In this document: positions 9,983-17,566 of the stretch, piece by piece
How positions within the stretch are numbered: the stretch's first letter is position 1
Layout: each line of letters opens with the position of its first letter
NCBI GenBank assembly: GCA_964574325.1
Contig: CAZNMY010000052.1
Location: 14,769-38,768, forward strand
DNA length: 24,000 bases
From: an uncultured Devosia sp.
GTDB lineage: Bacteria; Pseudomonadota; Alphaproteobacteria; Rhizobiales; Hyphomicrobiaceae
Direction: 5' to 3'
The notes under the pieces: model-generated
The model's input: only the letters and a program-made list of their open reading frames with translations
Databases searched by the model: none
Told to the model about the DNA's origin: nothing
Made by a program: the position numbers and the translations under genes

Positions 9983-12091
9983 ATGGCTAAAGGCAAAACC
10001 ACGGGTTCGACGCCGGAGCGCGATGAAACGCTGTTTCGTTCGCCGCGGACGGTGCTGTCGGCCAAGTCGCTGGCGATCGTCGGGGCGTCGGAGCGCGGGC
10101 GCTGGCCCTCGCAGATCTATCAGAACCTGAAGACGCACGGCTATCAAGGCCGGATCTACCTCATCAATCCGCGCCAGAAGGAGATCTACGGCGAGCGTGC
10201 CTATCCGAGCCTGCGCGACCTGCCGGAGACCGTGGAGCATGCGACGGTGATCGTGCCGGCCGCGGGCGTGGCCGGTGTGCTCGAGGACGCAGAAGCGGCC
10301 GGCGTCACGACCGCGACGATCTACTCGGGCGCGATGGGCGACGGCGAGGAGGCCGAGTCCAGGAAGCGCGGCGCTTGGCTGAAAGAGTTCCTCGCACGCT
10401 CCAAGCTGAGGATCTCCGGTCCCAACTGCATGGGCTATTTCAGCTACCGCGAGAAGCTGTTCGCGTATCCCAACGGCGATCTGTGCAATGTTCCAGCCGG
10501 GCCCGTCGGCCTCGTCTTCCAATCGGGCGGCAACCTGCAATTCTTCATGCAGGTGGCGGCCGATCGCGGCTTGCGGTTCTCCTATGGCATCTCGACGGGC
10601 AACGAGCCGGACATCGGGCTCGAAGACTTCCTCAACTATGTGGTCGACGATCCGGAAACGCGGCAGATCGTGATGTTCATCGAGGGCATCCGCCGGCCGG
10701 AAGCGTTCATGGCGGCGGCCGGCAAGGCGCTCAGCCTCGGCAAGCCGATCATCGCGATCAAGACGGGAAAGAGCCACGCCGGGCAGGAAGCCGCGCTGTC
10801 GCACACCGGCGCCATCGCGGGCGATTACGCGGCGTATCTCGCCATGTGCGACCGCTACGGCATCGTCAACTGCCAGAACATGGACGACATGGTCGAGACG
10901 ACGCTGGCATTCCAGACGACGCGGCGGCCGAAGGGGCCGCGTATCGGTTTCGTGACGACCTCGGGCGGTACGGTCGATCTTCTCTACGACTACATGGAGA
11001 GCGAGAACGCGGTGCTGCCGGCCTTCGCGCCGGAGACCAGCGCTGCCTTGAAGCCCGTGATCCAGGACGGCATCTCGCCGAAAAACCCGCTCGACGTCGG
11101 CATTCCATCGACCAACGAGGCCGCCGCCAACTGGTGCCGCATCGTCCACGACGATCCGAACGTCGACATCGTCGGCTTCTCGACGACGCTGCCGAAACAG
11201 AAGAGCGGCTACGGCGACATGACGGCCTTCAACAAGCTGCTGGCCGAGACCACGAAGCCGATCCTGGCTTTCGGTCGCATGATCCATCAAAGTCCGCCGG
11301 AAGCGATACAGCAGCAGCAGGGGCTCGACATGCCGTTCCTGCTGGGGCTCGAGCCGACCGTCCGCGCGATGAAGGCGCTGTGGTTCCACGCCGAGCGGCA
11401 GGGCAAGCTGCCGGCAAAGCCTGCGGCCGAAAAGGCGAGCAAACTGACGCCGGAGACGCTCGAAGCAACGCTCGCCGACTACGGAATTCCGCTGCCGAAA
11501 TCGCAGATCGCCAAGACGCCTGATGCAGCCGCGGAGGCAGCGGCGAAAATCGGATTTCCGGTGGCGCTGAAGATCCAATCGGCCGACATCCTGCACAAGA
11601 CGGAAGCCGGCGGCGTGGTGCTCGGTCTCGCCGGCAAGGACGCCGTGCTGGCCGCGGCCGACGGGCTCGCGAAATCGGCGAAAGCGGCCTATCCGGATGC
11701 CCGCATCGACGGGTTCCTGGTGCAGGAGATGGTATCGGGCGTGGAGGCGATCGCGGGCGCTCGCAACGACGCCTTGTACGGGCCGATGCTGCTGATCGGC
11801 TCGGGTGGCATCCTGGTGGAACTGCTGGCCGACGCCGAACTCGCGATGCTGCCCGTCACTTCGAAAGACGCCTCACGGATGATCGACAAGCTGAAGCTTG
11901 CGAAACTGCTTTCGGGCTATCGCGGGAAGCCGGCGGCCGATCGAAAAGCGATGGAGAAAGCCATCGTGGGGCTGGCGAAGTTCTTCCTCGACCACCGCGC
12001 CGTCATGCACGACATCGAGATCAACCCGCTGATCGTGCGCGCTGGCGGCCAGGGGGCAGTGGCCGTCGATGTGCGGGTGATCTGGAAGTGA
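9983..12091 (+). CDS. ADP-forming acyl-CoA synthetase (fused CoA-binding/ligase-CoA and ATP-grasp domains)
   Basis: The ATG at 9983 is preceded by GGGGTGGAA. The CoA-binding start is SLAIVGASERGRWPSQIYQNL...IYLINP. Further patterns are ISGPNCMG, AIKTGKS..G..AALSHTGAIAG, and a C-terminal ATP-grasp region (GFPVALKIQSADILHKTEAGGVVLGL). Confidence 0.9.
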   Translation: MAKGKTTGSTPERDETLFRSPRTVLSAKSLAIVGASERGRWPSQIYQNLKTHGYQGRIYLINPRQKEIYGERAYPSLRDLPETVEHATVIVPAAGVAGVLEDAEAAGVTTATIYSGAMGDGEEAESRKRGAWLKEFLARSKLRISGPNCMGYFSYREKLFAYPNGDLCNVPAGPVGLVFQSGGNLQFFMQVAADRGLRFSYGISTGNEPDIGLEDFLNYVVDDPETRQIVMFIEGIRRPEAFMAAAGKALSLGKPIIAIKTGKSHAGQEAALSHTGAIAGDYAAYLAMCDRYGIVNCQNMDDMVETTLAFQTTRRPKGPRIGFVTTSGGTVDLLYDYMESENAVLPAFAPETSAALKPVIQDGISPKNPLDVGIPSTNEAAANWCRIVHDDPNVDIVGFSTTLPKQKSGYGDMTAFNKLLAETTKPILAFGRMIHQSPPEAIQQQQGLDMPFLLGLEPTVRAMKALWFHAERQGKLPAKPAAEKASKLTPETLEATLADYGIPLPKSQIAKTPDAAAEAAAKIGFPVALKIQSADILHKTEAGGVVLGLAGKDAVLAAADGLAKSAKAAYPDARIDGFLVQEMVSGVEAIAGARNDALYGPMLLIGSGGILVELLADAELAMLPVTSKDASRMIDKLKLAKLLSGYRGKPAADRKAMEKAIVGLAKFFLDHRAVMHDIEINPLIVRAGGQGAVAVDVRVIWK

Positions 12092-12119
12092 CGTGAGCGC
12101 CCTCTCCCCACCGTGAATT

Positions 12120-12146
12120 GGGGTCAGACCCTACGGGTCTGACCCC
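12120..12146. repeat. REP-A palindromic unit (variant centre cta)
   Basis: GGGGTCAGACCC-tac-GGGTCTGACCCC. Confidence 0.9.
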
Positions 12147-12193
12147 ATCAAGGAACGCAGATTGCCTGCTGTATCGACATCAACATTGTGCAG

Positions 12194-12220
12194 GGGGTCA
12201 GACCCGCAGGGTCTGACCCC
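12194..12220. repeat. REP-A palindromic unit
   Basis: GGGGTCAGACCC-gca-GGGTCTGACCCC. It ends 17 nt before the dioxygenase start codon. Confidence 0.9.
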
Positions 12221-12237
12221 GATAGACGGAGCCTTCC

Positions 12238-13128
12238 ATGATCCAAGTCCGCCGCCTGGGGCACGCGACGTTCACGACCGAGAACATCGAGCGGGAAGTC
12301 GAGTACTGGTCGCATATCATGGGCTTCGTGGTGACGGATCGGACCCGCGACCGGGTGTTCCTGTCGACCAAGTTCGGGCACGAGGCGATCGCGCTGGAGA
12401 AGGGGCCTCCCGGCCAGTTGAAGCGGTTGTCGTTCCAGGTGGCGCCGGGCAGCGACCTCGGCGAACTGGCGCGCAACCTTTCCGAACACGGCGTCAAATG
12501 CGACATGGCCAAGGACATCTCGCCGGGCGTCGCACAAGCTCTGACGTTCATCGATCCCAAGGGAACGCCCACCGAAGTCTACGCGGAGTACAAGCTGCAG
12601 GCGGACGACGGCCGCGACATGGTGATCGCGCCGCACAAGTTCGGACACATCGCGTACCGCGTGAACGATCCGCAGAAGCTGACGACGTTCTATTGCGACG
12701 TACTGGGTTTCCGCGTCTCGGATTGGATCGGCGATCACTTCTCCTTCCTGCGCTGCGGGCCGGACCATCACACGGTGAATTTCGCGCGCTACAAGGAAGA
12801 GCGCCTGCACCACATCGCGTTCGAGATGAAGGATTCTCCGGCGATCAATCGCGCCTGCGACTACCTCGCGAAGAACAAGATCCAGTTGGTATGGGGGCCG
12901 ATCCGGCACATCGTCGGGCACAACCTGGCCGCCTACCACCGCAACCACGACGACATCCGCGTCGAGATGTATTGTGACCTCGATGTCATGTACGACGAAG
13001 CGCTCGGCTATTTCGAGCCGCGGCCCTGGCACGAGGACCGGCCGCAGCGCCCGAAAGTCTGGCCCGCGGATACGTGGCGCGCGCAATGGGGCTTCGGCTC
13101 GTTCGGAACATTCCCGGGTTATCCGTAA
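12238..13128 (+). CDS. Type I extradiol ring-cleavage dioxygenase (two VOC/glyoxalase-fold domains)
   Basis: A GGAG lies 6 nt before the ATG. The N-terminal VOC domain starts VRRLGHATFTT. The C-terminal catalytic domain has candidate 2-His-1-carboxylate ligands in FGHIAYRV, LHHIAFEM and IRVEMY. Confidence 0.85.
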   Translation: MIQVRRLGHATFTTENIEREVEYWSHIMGFVVTDRTRDRVFLSTKFGHEAIALEKGPPGQLKRLSFQVAPGSDLGELARNLSEHGVKCDMAKDISPGVAQALTFIDPKGTPTEVYAEYKLQADDGRDMVIAPHKFGHIAYRVNDPQKLTTFYCDVLGFRVSDWIGDHFSFLRCGPDHHTVNFARYKEERLHHIAFEMKDSPAINRACDYLAKNKIQLVWGPIRHIVGHNLAAYHRNHDDIRVEMYCDLDVMYDEALGYFEPRPWHEDRPQRPKVWPADTWRAQWGFGSFGTFPGYP

Positions 13129-13642
13129 TGCATTTGAAACGTCGAGTTCGCCATTGGGAATTCTGCGGCGCGAATTCCCGCTGCACGTGATTGCAATCGT
13201 TTGTTTCGCAAATGCGTCATCACATATTGTTACAAACACCGAAGTTCGCTCAATCCTTCTTGACGCGAGGCGCTTTTGCCACAACAATTCAACTCAAGAC
13301 GATCGTCACTCCGGACTGTTTCGCGTTTGCGTCGCACGACCCGGGTCGACGCCATCACCGGCACTCCGAGAGTACCGCGGGGTTGTGAGGAACGATCGTC
13401 CACCTCTTACGCTTCCCTTTCCCTTCAACAAGAATGGAGAGAGCATGACGCCACCTGCTAGAGTTGACGGGCCCTTTGCCGCTTCGTGACGACGACTCTC
13501 GCAAGAGAGAGGCAGCGGGTCCACGTCCTCTGAAGCCATCCCGGAGTGTTTCCAGCGGAAAGCTGGAGAATTCGTGCGAGTGGAACAGGCCAGAGGTCGC
13601 CGACAAACATTATGATCGATGCATCAGGCGATCTAATTCGCC

Positions 13643-13675
13643 TTGAAAACAAGTCGGGCCATCAAAGGGCCGGAC
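13643..13675 (-). terminator. Candidate intrinsic terminator for minus-strand (GST) transcription
   Basis: The hairpin GTCGGGCC (13653-13660) / GGCCGGAC (13668-13675) pairs at 7 of 8 positions. On the minus strand it is followed by TTGTTTTC (13645-13652). Confidence 0.45.
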
Positions 13676-13696
13676 AAGAATGCGAGTGCAATGAAT

Positions 13697-13739
13697 GAGC
13701 CCCGCTGCGCCACTGCGGCCCGGGGCTCTATTCTTTTTG
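13697..13739 (+). terminator. Candidate intrinsic terminator on the + strand with no annotated gene upstream
   Basis: GAGCCCCG (13697-13704) pairs with CGGGGCTC (13721-13728) and is followed by TATTCTTTTT. Confidence 0.55.
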
Positions 13740-13823
13740 TGACGCGGCTTGTTGTTGTGAAGTTGCTTGTGACGCTGTGATCAGCTCTCTGTTCAGCGCT
13801 GCACATGAATAATCGCTGGGCGG

Positions 13824-13852
13824 CGTGGATGGCCGCCTTCGCGGCCATGACG
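13824..13852. repeat. REP-C palindromic unit (CGTGGATGGCCGC-cttc-GCGGCCATGACG)
   Basis: It has a 9-bp perfect inverted repeat ATGGCCGC(C)/GCGGCCAT. It belongs to the same family as the copies at 9674-9704, 9787-9817, 23526-23554 and 23592-23622. Confidence 0.85.
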
Positions 13853-13896
13853 CGCGCGAGACCGAGAACCGCCATTTGCGGCTGGCGTCTGGATAA

Positions 13897-14604
13897 TCAG
13901 GAGCCGAATTCCGGGAACCAGCGCGCATTCCCGCGTTCGACGTAGGCTGCAAGGTTCGCCTGCTGTTGGAACGCGCGTCGAACCGGCCCTTCGAAGTGCG
14001 GACACATTGCGCTCGCCACGAACGCGTAGGCTGTAGCGTCGGCGCCGCACGGCTGGTCGCCACATAGCCAGGGCTTCTCGCCCAGGTAAAGCGACACGGC
14101 TCGGGCGGCCCGCGCGGCCAACTCTGTTCGCTCCTCCAGGGTATAGCGGCCGATGCCCTGGCCATGCAGCGTCTTCTCCAACTGGCGGCCAACCATGCGG
14201 ATGATCAACGGCCGGATCAGTGCGGGGGCGGGCTCGAAAAACATGCGAGGCCCCTTGGCGAAGTTCACCGGATCGCGCCAGCGTTCCATTGCGACCAACC
14301 AATAGACCTGCTCCTCGAGCATCTTCTCGATCGCCCAGGCTGCGCCTTTCTGCGGGTCGGTGAGGCCCTTCTCGAAATCGATGCCGCGCGACGATTCCAG
14401 GTGGAAGCGGATCAGGTTGCTGTCCGGCACGCTGCGGCCGTTGTCGTCGATCCAGGGGATTTTTCCGCGGGGTCCTTTGCGCGGATCGGCGCGGCGCTTC
14501 TCATAGGACTCGCCGGCCATCTTCAGCAGCACCTCGGTCTTGACGACGAAGGGGCTCGGGTCGGGCAGTCCGAACGCGGGTCCGAAGCCGTGGAGCGTGA
14601 TCAT
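13897..14604 (-). CDS. Glutathione S-transferase family protein
   Basis: From ATG 14604 (MITLHGFGPAFGLPDPSPFVVKTEVLLKMAG...) the N-terminus is thioredoxin-like (GKIPWIDDNG..VPDSNLI) and the C-terminal domain is helical. The tracked upstream 41 codons are Arg-rich and unlikely to be translated. Confidence 0.85.
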   Translation of the reverse strand: MITLHGFGPAFGLPDPSPFVVKTEVLLKMAGESYEKRRADPRKGPRGKIPWIDDNGRSVPDSNLIRFHLESSRGIDFEKGLTDPQKGAAWAIEKMLEEQVYWLVAMERWRDPVNFAKGPRMFFEPAPALIRPLIIRMVGRQLEKTLHGQGIGRYTLEERTELAARAARAVSLYLGEKPWLCGDQPCGADATAYAFVASAMCPHFEGPVRRAFQQQANLAAYVERGNARWFPEFGS

Positions 14605-14733
14605 AAGGCGCTGCTTTCCTGGGTTCCGCCGGGAGTGGCGTCGGCGGGGCTTGACCACGCCCCGTCTCCGGCCTTTGGTGCCGGTCTCGCTCGCAGAACG
14701 ATCTGCCCGGCCACATCGAAGGTGCAAAGCATA

Positions 14734-15570
14734 ATGCGAATCCTCTTCCTCGGCGACATCGTGGGCCGAGCCGGTCGAAAAGCCGTTCTCGACGTACTGC
14801 CGTCACTGAGGCAGCGCTACAAGCTCGACTTCCTGATCATCAATGCGGAGAATTCGGCGGGCGGCTTCGGAATCACCGAAGCCATCATGGAAGAGCTGGT
14901 CGACGCGGGCGCGGACGCGGTGACGCTCGGCAATCACGCGTTCGACCAGAAAGACGCACTCGTGTTCATCGAGCGGCAGCCGCGACTGATCCGTCCGCTC
15001 AACCTGCCGAAGGGTACGCCGGGGCGCGGCGCCGGGCTGTTCCAGGCCCGCAACGGCGCGGAAGTGCTGGTCATCAACGCGCTGGGGCGCGTGTTCATGA
15101 CCGAGATGGACTGCCCGTTCCGCGCCATCGACAACGAGGTGACGGCCTGCAAGCTCGGGCGCGATGCCGACGCGATCTTCGTCGACTTGCATGCCGAGGC
15201 GACCAGCGAAAAGCAGTCGATGGCGTTCTTCCTCGACGGGCGCGTGACGGCGGTGGTGGGAACGCACACGCACGCGCCGACCTCGGACGAGCGGGTGTTG
15301 CCAGGCGGAACGGCCTATATGTCGGATGTCGGCATGTGCGGCGACTATCATTCGGTGCTGGGCATGAATCCGGGAGAGCCCGTCAGCCGCTTCGTCACCC
15401 GCATTCATCGGGAGCGCTTCGAGCCGGCGATGGGCCAGGCGACGGTGTGCGGCGTCGCGATCGAGACGGACGACAAGACGGGCCGCGCGCTCAAGATCGG
15501 CGGCCTGCGGCTCGGTGGTGTTTTGACACCGGCCGAGCCGCAGTTCTGGATCGAAGGGGAGACTTCGTAG
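14734..15570 (+). CDS. YmdB-type metallophosphoesterase (TIGR00282 family)
   Basis: From ATG 14734 the translation reads MRILFLGDIVGRAGR...FLIINAENSAGGFGIT...GNHAFD...DLHAEATSEK...GTHTHAPTSD. The long upstream part of ORF 14164..15570 is antisense to the GST gene. Confidence 0.9.
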   Translation: MRILFLGDIVGRAGRKAVLDVLPSLRQRYKLDFLIINAENSAGGFGITEAIMEELVDAGADAVTLGNHAFDQKDALVFIERQPRLIRPLNLPKGTPGRGAGLFQARNGAEVLVINALGRVFMTEMDCPFRAIDNEVTACKLGRDADAIFVDLHAEATSEKQSMAFFLDGRVTAVVGTHTHAPTSDERVLPGGTAYMSDVGMCGDYHSVLGMNPGEPVSRFVTRIHRERFEPAMGQATVCGVAIETDDKTGRALKIGGLRLGGVLTPAEPQFWIEGETS

Positions 15571-15607
15571 GCCATAACGCTTTCCACATGTGGCTTTCGC
15601 GTATGGC
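15571..15607 (+). terminator. Hairpin immediately after the ymdB-like stop codon (no U-tract)
   Basis: GCCATAACGC...GCGTATGGC arms enclose the perfect palindrome CCACATGTGG. No T-run follows, so its terminator function is uncertain. Confidence 0.3.
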
Positions 15608-16163
15608 ATGTGTGCGGAGGGCGGCCTGCAGTCGGTTGTAGAACCAGCCTTGCAAACGTCCTCTGCTGTGCACGAGGTGATGAGCCCTCATGCGGCGTTT
15701 CCGCGGCGGGGGCAGACCGCGCGGCGTACTTGCGTACCTCGCGAAGGGACCATGCAGGGGTGTGATTCGTCAACGCCCGAAGGGGGACCTGGACCCGATT
15801 GGCAACGACCGTGTCCGAGGCCGCCGGGTGATCCGTATCGAGCGGCCCCGGTCAGTCGAGTTGCCGGGCTCATGCGGGCTTCGAGCCTTGGTCCTCGCAA
15901 CGGATTCGGGGGTCACGAGGGGCGGGCGGGCGATGTCCAATGGCGCTTGCATTAACCAAGGGGCCAGAGCATTGTCCCGGCCGTTGCCGCGCCTCATCCC
16001 GTCGCGCCATATCAGGTCCGCGCCCGGGTGACGTCGGCGACTACAGCGTTCCGGGTGAAACCCGAGAACGGACACGAGACATCAGCCCCTACCGCCGGGC
16101 GCATGCGCAACCATCCAGATGGCATGCGGACCGGCGCCACTGGCCAGGTCGAGATGACGCCGC

Positions 16164-16904
16164 ATGACCTCACAGAAGTCCGGACTGCTCACCGCTCTCA
16201 GTAATGTCGCAGCACCCCAGCGGCAGTCCTTGCGGCGGACACTGGCGCGGGAAGCCTCCAAGAAAGCCGGGACCCGTCCGAAACTCGTGCTCGCCTCGGC
16301 TTCTCCACGGCGCCTGACGCTGCTCGCGCAGGCCGGCATCGATCCCGACGCGTTGCGCCCGGCATCGATCGACGAAACGCCGCACAAAGGCGAAATGCCC
16401 CGCACGCTGGTGAACCGACTGTCGCGAGCCAAAGCCGAAGCCGCGCGCGATCAGCTCGCGAACGACAAGGAGGTTGCCGACGCCTACGTGCTGGCCGCCG
16501 ATACCGTCGTCGCGGTGGGCCGGCGCATCCTGACGAAGCCGAAGCTCGTCGAAGAGGCCGTTGCCTGCCTGCAGCTGCTGTCGGGCCGCTCGCATCGCGT
16601 GCTGACCGGCGTCTGCCTGATCACGCCGGACGACAAGGTGAAAACCAAGATCGTCGAGACGCGGGTCCGCTTCAAGCGGCTCTCCGCCGACGAGATCGAG
16701 GCCTACATCGCCTCGCGTGAATGGCGCGACAAGGCAGGCGGATATGCGATCCAGGGCCTCGCTGGCTGCTTCGCGCAGAAGATCGTCGGGTCCTATACCT
16801 CGATCGTCGGTCTGCCGCTGACCGAGGTCGTCGGCATGCTTGCGGCCGAGGGGTTCCCGCTTCATTTCAACTGGATCAAATCTGCAGATCTGGAACCGCT
16901 TTGA
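16164..16904 (+). CDS. maf: Maf-like nucleoside triphosphate pyrophosphatase
   Basis: Maf patterns are present: [40 protein letters not shown] and [11 protein letters not shown]. The start is uncertain. ATG 16164 gives an N-terminal extension about 40 aa longer than typical Maf proteins, and no closer ATG or GTG is visible. Confidence 0.85.
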   Translation: MTSQKSGLLTALSNVAAPQRQSLRRTLAREASKKAGTRPKLVLASASPRRLTLLAQAGIDPDALRPASIDETPHKGEMPRTLVNRLSRAKAEAARDQLANDKEVADAYVLAADTVVAVGRRILTKPKLVEEAVACLQLLSGRSHRVLTGVCLITPDDKVKTKIVETRVRFKRLSADEIEAYIASREWRDKAGGYAIQGLAGCFAQKIVGSYTSIVGLPLTEVVGMLAAEGFPLHFNWIKSADLEPL

Positions 16905-16998
16905 GTAGCGTTGAGGAACCGTATCGTCGCGCCACGCGGCGATGATGCGGGAGCATGCGGAGGCCGATCTCTCCGCCGACAGCATTGTGTGAGACATC

Positions 16999-17274
16999 AT
17001 GGCATCCAGCAAGCCACACGGCGACGGCCCCAAGCCCGTCCAGAGCCCCGGGGGCAAGTGCCCGATCTGCACGGCCCCCTCCGAACTCGCCTACAGGCCG
17101 TTCTGCTCGCGCCGATGCGCCGATGTCGACCTGTCGCGATGGCTGCGCGGCGGCTATGCCATCCCGGGGCGTGCCGACGTCGACGAAGACGGCGACGACA
17201 GCATCGCGGCGTCCGCCACCCATCAGCGTCCGCGCAACGACGAGGACGAGGACGAAGGCGGCAGCCGGCGGTGA
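16999..17274 (+). CDS. yacG: DNA gyrase inhibitor YacG (zinc-ribbon protein)
   Basis: The zinc-ribbon signature is CPICTAPSELAYRPFCSRRCADVDLSRWL, followed by an acidic tail. Confidence 0.85.
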   Translation: MASSKPHGDGPKPVQSPGGKCPICTAPSELAYRPFCSRRCADVDLSRWLRGGYAIPGRADVDEDGDDSIAASATHQRPRNDEDEDEGGSRR

Positions 17275-17391
17275 TCGAACGCATGCGGGCTCGCATGAAG
17301 CCCGGGTGAACGCGCGACTCAGGCGTGGTTAAGCCCGCGATCTCTATACCTGTCTCTGCGCGGCCGAGTTCGTCGGCCACGGGAGGCGGAA

Positions 17392-17475
17392 ATGAGCGAG
17401 TTCGTGCGCAGTGCGGGTCTTCTGGTGTTCGGGTTCTGCATAACCGCGGCTGGAATACTGGTGATCTTTTATTGA
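17392..17475 (+). CDS. Candidate 27-aa hydrophobic small protein (single predicted TM helix)
   Basis: The ORF was hand-translated and is not in the ORF track because it is shorter than 60 aa: ATG...TGA = MSEFVRSAGLLVFGFCITAAGILVIFY. A GGAGG lies 5 nt upstream of the ATG (17383-17387). No homology evidence is available. Confidence 0.35.
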   Translation: MSEFVRSAGLLVFGFCITAAGILVIFY

Positions 17476-17566
17476 TGTGGATGGCGTCTGGTTCGAGCCC
17501 TTCAGCACTTATCTGCGACTCGAAGTGAGACTATTCCTCCGGTGCTGGATTCTCCGGAGATTCGAA

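Noticed and set aside
13693-13782. 29-codon ORF (MNEPRCATAARGSILFVTRLVVVKLLVTL) reading through the + strand terminator
   Set aside because: It has no SD, overlaps the terminator hairpin and T-tract, and its composition is dictated by the hairpin sequence. It is more likely fortuitous.
16136-16142. GCCACTG B12-box-like core upstream of maf (also at about 13709), considered as a cobalamin riboswitch
   Set aside because: It is only a 7-mer match. The surrounding conserved cobalamin-riboswitch elements are absent and the downstream gene context (maf) is wrong.
15571-16163. Checked by eye for tmRNA, RNase P RNA, SRP RNA and an infA gene
   Set aside because: None of the expected signatures is present on either strand. 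Missing are the ANDN-type tag frame, T-arm or CCA end, the GAGGAAAGTCCGG or ACAGAACCCGGCTTA blocks, the SRP GGAA/AGCA motif, and an IF-1-like translation. The region is kept only as an unexplained spacer.
17486-17506. tRNA T-arm-like GGTTCGAGCCC, considered as a possible tRNA or an att remnant for an island carrying the nuclease
   Set aside because: The flanking bases do not form a 5-bp T-stem or an acceptor stem. No cloverleaf can be drawn, and no matching direct repeat was found on the other side of the gene (19349-19492).
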